Positions 10,291-18,551 of a stretch of 51,824 nt of DNA are shown here, piece after piece. The stretch's first letter is position 1. Every line of letters begins with the position of its first letter. Origin of the DNA: Verrucomicrobiota bacterium (lineage in GTDB: Bacteria > Verrucomicrobiota > Verrucomicrobiia > Verrucomicrobiales > Akkermansiaceae); the NCBI GenBank assembly GCA_008932935.1, contig WBXD01000001.1, forward strand, positions 1 to 51,824, given 5' to 3'. The position numbers were made by a program, and so were the translations under genes. The notes beneath the pieces are model-generated. The model was not told the DNA's origin, searched no databases, and saw nothing but the letters and a program-made list of their open reading frames with translations.

Positions 10291-12897
10291 ATGCAGCCAC
10301 CACCCCGCCGCGCCGTTCTAGCCATTTTACTCGGCAGTTTTGCTGCCATCAGCCAGCCCGTGGCCGGGCAAGCGCCCAGCGCGAGCATTCACGTCGATGT
10401 GGCGCAAGCGCAGCAGCCGGTATCGCCGACGCTATACGGGATCTTCATGGAGGAGATCAGCCATGCCTTTGATGGGGGAATTTATGCGGAACTCATTCAG
10501 AATCGCAGCTTTGAGGAAGGGGTGTTGCCGCCGGGCATGCAGCTGGTGAAGAAGGATGACGGGGGTCTCAAGATGGAGTTGGAAAGACTTCCAGCCGGGG
10601 TGCCCAAGGATAAGTGGCCCATCCCTTGGCCGTGGTTCAACAATTGCGCCTGGCAACCCGAGCGCGCCTTGTTGGGCTGGACGCTGGACAAGCGCGGCGG
10701 TGCCAGCGGTGCGATGCAACTCACCGAAGCCAATCCGATGAATGCCGCTTCCAGCCGCTCGCTCGCCATGAAGGTCGGCGCTCCCAGCGAATCCAACGGC
10801 CGCTGTGCCTTGATCAACAGTGGCTACTGGGGCATAGCAGTGCGGGCCGATACCCGTTATAACCTGAAATGGTACCTGCGCCCCGGCACCTTTCAGGGCA
10901 CCGTGAGCGCCACCCTCGAATCGAAGGATGGCAAGGTGCTCGGCCAACACGACTTCGGCAAGCTCAGCCCGGGCAACACCTGGCAGTGTCTAACGGCAAA
11001 ATTGGTAGCCACCGCCAGCGATCCCGAGGCGCGCTTCGTGTTGTCGTTCTGCGGTACGGGTGAGCTGCAGGTGGACTGGGTGTCGTTGTTTCCACCGACC
11101 TATAAGAACCGTCCCAACGGGCTACGGGTGGATCTGGCGAAGCATTTGGAGGCCCTCAAGCCGTCGTTCATCCGCTATCCCGGGGGTTGTTATGTGGAGG
11201 GCTTGTCGTGGGAATCGGCCCCGGATTGGCGCAAGATGGTGTGCCCGCCCGAACAACGGCCAGGCCAGTGGGGGTATTGGCAATACCGCTCCACCGATGG
11301 CTTCGGCTATCATGAATTCCTGCAATTCTGCGAGGACATCGGCTCCGACGCAATGTACGTGGCATTTTGCGGCATGACCGTGCACCCGGACAACAGCGTG
11401 CCGCTCGACCAACTCGACCCGGTCATCCAACAGGCGCTCGACTCAATCGAATACGCGCTCGGACCGGTGAACTCGAAATGGGGCGCGGTGCGGGCCAAGA
11501 TGGGCCATCCCAAGCCGTTCCCACTCAAATACATTGAGATCGGCAACGAGCACCCGCCCGCCAGTTACGGCGAGTATTACAAAAAATTCCGTGCCGCCAT
11601 CAAGGCGAAGTATCCGCAAATAACCGTCATCATGAGCATGTTCTGGAGCGGTCTCAACACACCGGCCATCGCCGCGGCCGGCGATGAGGCGATCGACGTG
11701 GTCGACGAGCATGCCTACCGGCCGTCGGGCTGGATCCGCAACAACTTCGATTACTTCGACAAATACCCGCGCAAGCCCTGGAAAATCTATGTTGGAGAAT
11801 ACGCCCATCACCACGGCGGCGGCGATTGGAGTGCGGCGATGGACGACTCGGTCTATCTGATGATGCTGGAGCGCAACGGGGACTTGGTCAAGATGGCGAG
11901 TTATGCGCCGCTGTTTGTCAACGTCCACAATAGTTGTTGGGGCGTGAACCTCATCGAGTTCGATTCCTCGCGCAGCTTCGTGCACTCGTCCTATCAGGTC
12001 CAGAAGGCCTTCGTGGAAAATCGCCCCGACGTGAATCTGGCCACCGCCGTGGAGGTGACGCCCAAGCCGGATCCGGCCCAACCGTTGTTTGAAGGCAAGT
12101 TCGGCCTGGGCTCTTGGAATACCGCCAATGAATTCAAGGAATTGCGTATCTATGACGCTCACAACCAGCTCGTGCTTAGCGAGGATTTCGCCAATCTGGA
12201 GCGCTGGGACACCCCTGGCACCGGCCAATGGAAAACGGAAAACGGCGTGCTCAAACAGACCGACACCACCCTCGGGCCCATCAGTTTGTTCCTCAAGGAG
12301 AAGCTCAAGTCTGGGCGTGTCACGGTCAAGGCACGCCGGGTGGGCGGCAGCGAAGGATTTTTGATGTTCTTCCACGCCGTCGGGCCGGAGCGCTACATGT
12401 TCTGCAACTACGGCGCCGCTCAAAACCACTTCTCCGCCATTCAGGGCACCCCGTCCAATTCCATCGCCACAAAGGGCGGCGGCGATCTCCAGGGCCCCAT
12501 CGACAACGAGCGTTGGTATGACATTAGTCTCGTTCTAACAAACAATTCGGCGGAGGCGTTGCTCGACGGCAAGCGCGTCAGCAAGCTCGAGGCGGACGTG
12601 ATGCCGGCGTTTTTCGCCAGTTCCGGTTATCAGAAAAAGGACCACACCGTCGTGGTTAAGGCCACCAACTACAACGCCACTCCATTGGTTGCCTCGATCC
12701 AACTCGCCGGGGTGACCAGCGTAGCTGCCAAAGGCCAGCATATCGTCATTCGCGCCGCCAAGCCGGAGATCGAGAACTCCCTCGATGCTCCCAACCGCAT
12801 TGTGCCGCAGGTGCTGCCTCTCGCCAATTGCTCCAAGAGTTTCCAAGTGACCCTGCCGCCATACTCGGTCAACGTGCTACGCCTCCAAGCCCAGTGA
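10291..12897 (+). CDS. GH51 alpha-L-arabinofuranosidase, secreted
   Basis: Signal peptide; LYGIFMEEISHAFDGGIYAELIQNRSFE; IRYPGGC; YIEIGNE (acid/base); VDEHAY; YVGEY (nucleophile); ERNGDLVKMASYAPLF; C-terminal LPPYSVNVLRL. Confidence 0.92.
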   Translation: MQPPPRRAVLAILLGSFAAISQPVAGQAPSASIHVDVAQAQQPVSPTLYGIFMEEISHAFDGGIYAELIQNRSFEEGVLPPGMQLVKKDDGGLKMELERLPAGVPKDKWPIPWPWFNNCAWQPERALLGWTLDKRGGASGAMQLTEANPMNAASSRSLAMKVGAPSESNGRCALINSGYWGIAVRADTRYNLKWYLRPGTFQGTVSATLESKDGKVLGQHDFGKLSPGNTWQCLTAKLVATASDPEARFVLSFCGTGELQVDWVSLFPPTYKNRPNGLRVDLAKHLEALKPSFIRYPGGCYVEGLSWESAPDWRKMVCPPEQRPGQWGYWQYRSTDGFGYHEFLQFCEDIGSDAMYVAFCGMTVHPDNSVPLDQLDPVIQQALDSIEYALGPVNSKWGAVRAKMGHPKPFPLKYIEIGNEHPPASYGEYYKKFRAAIKAKYPQITVIMSMFWSGLNTPAIAAAGDEAIDVVDEHAYRPSGWIRNNFDYFDKYPRKPWKIYVGEYAHHHGGGDWSAAMDDSVYLMMLERNGDLVKMASYAPLFVNVHNSCWGVNLIEFDSSRSFVHSSYQVQKAFVENRPDVNLATAVEVTPKPDPAQPLFEGKFGLGSWNTANEFKELRIYDAHNQLVLSEDFANLERWDTPGTGQWKTENGVLKQTDTTLGPISLFLKEKLKSGRVTVKARRVGGSEGFLMFFHAVGPERYMFCNYGAAQNHFSAIQGTPSNSIATKGGGDLQGPIDNERWYDISLVLTNNSAEALLDGKRVSKLEADVMPAFFASSGYQKKDHTVVVKATNYNATPLVASIQLAGVTSVAAKGQHIVIRAAKPEIENSLDAPNRIVPQVLPLANCSKSFQVTLPPYSVNVLRLQAQ

Positions 12898-12932
12898 TGC
12901 CCACCTATCATTCAATCAATCATCACAACCCC

Positions 12933-15326
12933 ATGTCCAAACCATACAATCGTACTGGAATGAAAAATACCGCAACATGGACCGCGACGGTCTTGCTGGC
13001 ATGCGCCGCCGCAGTTGCCGCCCAAGGCACCATCACGGTGGGCGTCGACAAGCCCGGCGTCAGGGTGAGTCCCACGCTGTGGGGTATTTTCTTTGAGGAC
13101 ATCAATCTTTCCGCCGACGGCGGACTTTACGCCGAGCTTGTTAGAAATCGTTCGTTCGAGGACTCGGATCAAGCGGAAAGCTGGGTCATCAAAGCCGGCG
13201 GCACGGCCAAGGCTGAAATGACCGTCGTGGCTGATCAGCCCGTGAGCGCCACAAACCCGCATTCGCTCAAGGTTACGGTGAGTGGCAGTGGCAGTGCGGG
13301 AGTGGCTAACAGCGGCTATTACGGCATGTCCGTCGTTCAGGGAGATACATACATTTTGACGCTGGATGCCCGCGCCGGCACCGACTTTACCGGCCCTCTC
13401 ACGGTCACGCTGGAGGCTGCCGATGGCACGGTGTGCGCGGCGGGACAAATTGCCGGCCTGACGCCCGCGTGGCAGCCCTACAAGTTGTCGCTTAAGGCGG
13501 CGGCCACCGACACCAAAGCGCGTTTGGTCATCACTGCGGGCAAGCCCGGCACATTATGGTTAGATATGGTATCGCTCATACCGGAGAAAACTTGGAAGGG
13601 TCATGGCTTCCGCAGTGATCTGTTCGAGATGCTAGTGGCGCTCAAGCCCGCATTCGTCAGATTTCCCGGCGGTTGTTGGGTTGAGGGCGACACGATGAAG
13701 GAAGCCTATCGCTGGAAACAGACCATCGGTGATATTGCCGAACGGCGCACTCAGAATAACATCTGGGGCTACAAGGCCACCCACGGCATCGGTTATCATG
13801 AATACCTCGTGATGTGTGAGGACCTCAATTCAGAACCCCTGTTTGATATCAACTGCGGCATGTCCCACCGCGAAAATGTCCCCATCGACCAGATGCAGGA
13901 ATACGTCCAGGACGCCCTCGACGCCATCGAGTATGCTAACGGCCCGGCCAACAGCACTTGGGGCGCATTGCGTGCCAAGGCCGGCCATCCCGCACCGTTT
14001 CACCTCAAGATGATGGAAATCGGCAACGAAAATGGCGGCGCCGCCTACAACGAACGCTATGCCTTGTTTCATGATGCCATCAAGGCCAAGTACCCCGACA
14101 TGCAACTCATCGCCAACGTCTGGGGCGGCATGCCATCCAACCGGGAAATCGGCATCGTCGACGAGCACTACTATAGCAACCCGGAATTTTTCATCGGCAA
14201 TTCGTCGAAGTACGACAGTTATGACCGCGGCAAGTTCAAGGTGTTCGTGGGTGAGTACGCGGTGACCGAGGGCACGGGGCAGGGGAGTCTGCGTGGGGCC
14301 GTCGGCGAGGCTGCGTTCATGACCGGCATGGAACGCAACTCCGATGTTGTGGCGCTCGCCTCTTACGCGCCGCTGTTCGTCAATATCAATCACAAGCGCT
14401 GGAATCCCGATCTGATTAACTTTGATAGCTCGAGGGCCTATGGCATCCCATCCTATTATGTGCAGAAGATGTTCGCCGAAAACCGCGGTGCCGTCGTTCT
14501 GCCCGTCGAAGTCCAGACGTCCGACACGATTGATGCTATCATCGGAATGGTCGGGGTGGGCACTTGGAACACACAGGCGGAATACAAGGACATCAAGGTG
14601 CAGCGCGGCAACGAAACGCTGCTCAAGTGTGATTTTGTGGATGGCACCAAGGGCTGGGATCTCCACGGTGGTGAGTGGAAGGTGCACGACGGGGTGCTTG
14701 GGCAGACGGCGAGCGGAAAAGACTTCCGCGCCGTCATCGGCGACCCCGCTTGGAGCGACTACACCTATACGCTCAAGGCGCGCAAGACCGGCGGCGATGA
14801 GGGCTTCCTAGTGATCTTCGGGACGGATGGCAGCACCAGTAAATCATGGTGGAATATCGGCAGTTGGGGCAATTCCAAGCATACCATCGAGATGGCAGGC
14901 GGTAACAGCCAGGGTGTGGATGGTCACATCGAGACCGGCCGCTGGTATGATATCAAGGTGGAAGTGATGGGGTCCGGAGTGAAATGTTATCTGGATGGCA
15001 AGCTCGTCCAGGAAATGCATCGGCCTGCCGTGCGCTCGCTTCATGTCTCCTCAACCCTCTCGTCAGATGGCAAGGACATCATCCTCAAGGTGGTCAATGC
15101 TTCAAGCGCCAACCAAGCCACGGCCATCAAGCTGAACGGTGCAAAAAACATCGCCGCCAGCGCCAAGGTGATCGTGCTGACTTCGGTAAATTCGAGTGAC
15201 GAAAATTCGATCACCGAGCCTGCCAAGGTGGTGCCCGTCGCAAGTGAGATTTCCAATGCGGCGGCGAGTTTCACCCACACGTTCCCGCCTAACTCGGTGA
15301 GCGTACTCAGGATCCGCAAGAATTAA
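12933..15326 (+). CDS. GH51 alpha-L-arabinofuranosidase, secreted (paralog of the previous gene)
   Basis: LWGIFFEDINLSADGGLYAELVRNRSFE; VRFPGGCWVEG; MEIGNEN; VDEHYY; FVGEYA; ERNSDVVALASYAPLF. Start taken as ATG 12933 (alternative 12960), just before the signal peptide. Confidence 0.92.
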   Translation: MSKPYNRTGMKNTATWTATVLLACAAAVAAQGTITVGVDKPGVRVSPTLWGIFFEDINLSADGGLYAELVRNRSFEDSDQAESWVIKAGGTAKAEMTVVADQPVSATNPHSLKVTVSGSGSAGVANSGYYGMSVVQGDTYILTLDARAGTDFTGPLTVTLEAADGTVCAAGQIAGLTPAWQPYKLSLKAAATDTKARLVITAGKPGTLWLDMVSLIPEKTWKGHGFRSDLFEMLVALKPAFVRFPGGCWVEGDTMKEAYRWKQTIGDIAERRTQNNIWGYKATHGIGYHEYLVMCEDLNSEPLFDINCGMSHRENVPIDQMQEYVQDALDAIEYANGPANSTWGALRAKAGHPAPFHLKMMEIGNENGGAAYNERYALFHDAIKAKYPDMQLIANVWGGMPSNREIGIVDEHYYSNPEFFIGNSSKYDSYDRGKFKVFVGEYAVTEGTGQGSLRGAVGEAAFMTGMERNSDVVALASYAPLFVNINHKRWNPDLINFDSSRAYGIPSYYVQKMFAENRGAVVLPVEVQTSDTIDAIIGMVGVGTWNTQAEYKDIKVQRGNETLLKCDFVDGTKGWDLHGGEWKVHDGVLGQTASGKDFRAVIGDPAWSDYTYTLKARKTGGDEGFLVIFGTDGSTSKSWWNIGSWGNSKHTIEMAGGNSQGVDGHIETGRWYDIKVEVMGSGVKCYLDGKLVQEMHRPAVRSLHVSSTLSSDGKDIILKVVNASSANQATAIKLNGAKNIAASAKVIVLTSVNSSDENSITEPAKVVPVASEISNAAASFTHTFPPNSVSVLRIRKN

Positions 15327-15342
15327 CAATAACATCACCCCT

Positions 15343-18300
15343 ATGAACACCTGTTATAGATTCGCGCAAGCCGCCGCCGCGCTGCTCATCGGCCAGTGCC
15401 TGTTGGTCGGCAACTGCCTGGCTCTGACCAAACAGGTTTCGCTCATCACCAAACAGCCAATCGGCGACTTGGCGGTGGCGGGCCTCCTCTCGATTGACTT
15501 GCACGCTGAGTTTATGGTGTCGCGCACCTACGAGAAGGACACCGTCCTGAATTGGTATAACTGCGGCTATTCCGGAGGCGGCAATAACACCTCTGTCGGC
15601 GGCGACTTCGGCGACTTCGGCTTCCAGGTGCCATACAAGGAGCGCGATGCGAAATACCCGCGCGCCGTAACCATCGGCAACGTGCGTGCCGTGCACTTCG
15701 ATGGCAATGATATCCTGAAGGGGAACTTCAGCGCGGAATCCCAACTCGTCGGCACCAAGGATATGGCCATCGAGGTCTGGCTGCGCAACGAAAAACCCGC
15801 CAAAGGCGAAGTCATCCTCGGCTGGCAGTCGCGGGACGGCGCTGAGGCCTCCGCGCCGTTGATCTATCCGAATGGATTCAGCGGTTCGGACAAATGGCGC
15901 CACCTGGTGGTGAACTGTTCTGCCGCCAAGGAACAGTGGTATCTCGACGGCGTACTGGTTTCCAGCGGCAAACGCATGATGATCCTCAAGGAAGTACACG
16001 TCATGGTGTTAGGCGGCGCATCCGCCGACAAGCCGTCGTTCAAGGGCGATCTGGCCGCGGTGCGACTGCACGACGCAGCCATGACCGAGGAGCAAATCGC
16101 CCACAACTTCAAGGGCGGTGTCATGCTGGGCACCGAAATGCACAACTGGTGGCGGACCGAACCCGACAAGTGGTGGGTGAAGGAATCTGAGCATTTCCGC
16201 CACTGCGTGGACAAGAAGGAAATGGCCGCATGGACGTCGCAACAGTTGAAGGAATTCAACGAACAGGTTCCCCTCATGTTCGACATGGCAGAGATGGTCT
16301 ATCATACCTATTCGGAGCGCCTCGCCATGCGCAGTTCCGTGGTGAGCGTGCAACGGCAGGACCGCGGCGACGGTATCAAATATAAGATTCCTATCCAGCC
16401 CAATGAAGGCAGCGTCATGGGGTCTGACGGTCATTTTGGCTGGTCTTGCCAGGGCGCTGGGCACATCAATCCACATGAACTGGTGCACGGCTGGCAGAGT
16501 ATGACCGGTGGTATGGCGGGCAGTTTTTGGGAGGCACACGCGAATTTTCCCCAAACATATAACGGGATCTATCAGACGTTGCCGCCCAGCCTCGTTAGCC
16601 GGGTCTGCATGTATTTCCCCGCCCACGGCCGCAATTACTATCATGATCGTCTGATGTTTGAGCATCTCGCACAGACGCCCGAATACGGGCCGATGTCGGT
16701 TTCCAAGCTCTGGTATGACGGGCCGACCGCAACCGAAAAAAACCCTTATCCATGGATCGTGTTCGATCGGGTATTTCCGCACGCACGCCTGTCATTTTCC
16801 GACGAATACATGCGGATGTTGATGCGCAATGTCACGTGGGATTATATCACCTATGTGGAAGCGGCGGCTGGCAAGGGCAACACGCCCTATGGCAATGACC
16901 ATGTGGTCAGTCCCGTCAACCGCTATCAGGAGGATGCCAAGGGCGCTGAAAAAGACATTCAGCGCTATTCCCGCATCACACTCGAGAAGATTCCTTATGA
17001 ACCGGAGTGGTGGCGCGTCCCCAAAGAAATGGCACCTCAACAATTGGGCTGGAATATCTGCCCCATGACCGCCAAGCCGGGCAAGGTCTCGGCTATGTTG
17101 TCAGGATATGTCGATCCGCAACACGGGGCCGACTGGCGCGCGGGATTCGTTGGGGTGGATGCGGACTCCCAACCGGTGTACGGCGAAATCGCCAAACCGG
17201 GGCAGCTCATGCAGTTTGAGGTCGGCAAATCCATCAAGCAGCTCTACCTCGTCGTCTGCGCCACCCCCAGCAAACTCAGCAGCATCAACATGGTGGGTGA
17301 TTTCCGCTCCTTCGAACAGGAACCCTTCCCTTACAAGGTGAAACTGGCGGGCTGTGAACCGCTCAACTTGATGATCTCCGACAAAGCGCATCTCAAGGGA
17401 GCTCACCACGCCAATGGCGGCGGGTATGTCGAAAGCAGTGCCAAAGTGGATGCCACCGCATTTGTCGGACCCAATGCGCGCGTCTTGGGCAATTCAAAGG
17501 TGTTAGGAAATGCGAGTATTCTGGACTATGCAGTCGTCCAGGACTCGACGGTGTGTGATCGTGCGGTGGTCAGCGGCTTTGCCCTCGTCAGCGCCAATTC
17601 CATGGTTCAAGACGATGCCAAGGTTAGGGATTATGCGAGGGCGACGCACGCCATCATCAAGGATGATGCTAAAATCCTTGAGCACGCCGAGCAACATGAC
17701 AAAACATGCAGCGGCAACGCCGTGCTCAAGGGCGGAGCGTCCTCGGCAGGCAATGTGAGCGGCACCGCCATGATCGATGGATCATACGCCAAAAGCAACG
17801 AAGTGACTAAAGGCAAATGGTTCACGTGGAGTTGGAGCACTGGCAAGAACGATGGCGAACTTGACGAGGAGTTTGGCGGATTGTATGCCGATTATCTTTT
17901 CACCATTGAGCATCCATGGATGGCGCATGACGTCTTCGGCGCGACCTGGGGCTATCTCGTCAACAATCCGGCATTCGCGGTCGTCTCGGATATGGAGCGG
18001 GCCAAGCCCATTGTGGCGGATGCCGGTGCCGGCACCCCCCCTGCCAACCGCGTGCTGGTTTTGAACGGCAAGAACCAGTTCGTCGAACTGCCTAAAGATG
18101 TCGCGGATATGGGAAAATGTACTTATACTGCGGAATTCAAGTGGGATGGCGCCCGCGACGCCACCCGCGTATTCGAGTTCACCAATTCTAACGGCGACGC
18201 GTTGTGGCTGAGTCCTTCGGAAAAAGGTCGCTTGATTTTTGGCATCCGCAAGGGCGCTAAAATCGAAGGTGTGGCAGCCACCAAGGCCGCCAACAAAGGG

Positions 18301-18522
18301 GAGTGGGTCACTGTGCGAGTGGTGCTCAACGGGCCGCGTGCGTCGATTTTTCTCAACGGGGTGAAGGTCGGGGAAAACCCCCGCATGACCCTGCGTCCTG
18401 ATAGTGTCGCCGCTACGCAATGTTACCTCGGACGCGGCCTGAAGGGCGGATTGTTCGGCGGCATGATCGGCAGGTTCACCATCCACTCGGTGGCGCTCAC
18501 GGATCGCATACCTCAAAAATGA
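15343..18522 (+). CDS. Second Svx/AvrXca-like (DUF6055-type) HExxH metallopeptidase, with N- and C-terminal LamG domains and a hexapeptide repeat
   Basis: Signal peptide; N-terminal LamG (FDGND, WRHLVV, FKGDLAAVRLHD); PHELVH...FWE; YFPAHGRNYY; PQQLGWN; DWRAGFV; HHANGGGYV...AFVGPNARV. These blocks are all shared with ORF 237-10025. Confidence 0.85.
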   Translation: MNTCYRFAQAAAALLIGQCLLVGNCLALTKQVSLITKQPIGDLAVAGLLSIDLHAEFMVSRTYEKDTVLNWYNCGYSGGGNNTSVGGDFGDFGFQVPYKERDAKYPRAVTIGNVRAVHFDGNDILKGNFSAESQLVGTKDMAIEVWLRNEKPAKGEVILGWQSRDGAEASAPLIYPNGFSGSDKWRHLVVNCSAAKEQWYLDGVLVSSGKRMMILKEVHVMVLGGASADKPSFKGDLAAVRLHDAAMTEEQIAHNFKGGVMLGTEMHNWWRTEPDKWWVKESEHFRHCVDKKEMAAWTSQQLKEFNEQVPLMFDMAEMVYHTYSERLAMRSSVVSVQRQDRGDGIKYKIPIQPNEGSVMGSDGHFGWSCQGAGHINPHELVHGWQSMTGGMAGSFWEAHANFPQTYNGIYQTLPPSLVSRVCMYFPAHGRNYYHDRLMFEHLAQTPEYGPMSVSKLWYDGPTATEKNPYPWIVFDRVFPHARLSFSDEYMRMLMRNVTWDYITYVEAAAGKGNTPYGNDHVVSPVNRYQEDAKGAEKDIQRYSRITLEKIPYEPEWWRVPKEMAPQQLGWNICPMTAKPGKVSAMLSGYVDPQHGADWRAGFVGVDADSQPVYGEIAKPGQLMQFEVGKSIKQLYLVVCATPSKLSSINMVGDFRSFEQEPFPYKVKLAGCEPLNLMISDKAHLKGAHHANGGGYVESSAKVDATAFVGPNARVLGNSKVLGNASILDYAVVQDSTVCDRAVVSGFALVSANSMVQDDAKVRDYARATHAIIKDDAKILEHAEQHDKTCSGNAVLKGGASSAGNVSGTAMIDGSYAKSNEVTKGKWFTWSWSTGKNDGELDEEFGGLYADYLFTIEHPWMAHDVFGATWGYLVNNPAFAVVSDMERAKPIVADAGAGTPPANRVLVLNGKNQFVELPKDVADMGKCTYTAEFKWDGARDATRVFEFTNSNGDALWLSPSEKGRLIFGIRKGAKIEGVAATKAANKGEWVTVRVVLNGPRASIFLNGVKVGENPRMTLRPDSVAATQCYLGRGLKGGLFGGMIGRFTIHSVALTDRIPQK

Positions 18523-18551
18523 GTGTAATCAACAGAATCAATTTATCTTAC

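Noticed and set aside
9911-10321. 136-aa ORF between the giant gene and the first GH51
   Set aside because: It overlaps both neighbours and has no motif or coding-like composition; treated as intergenic.
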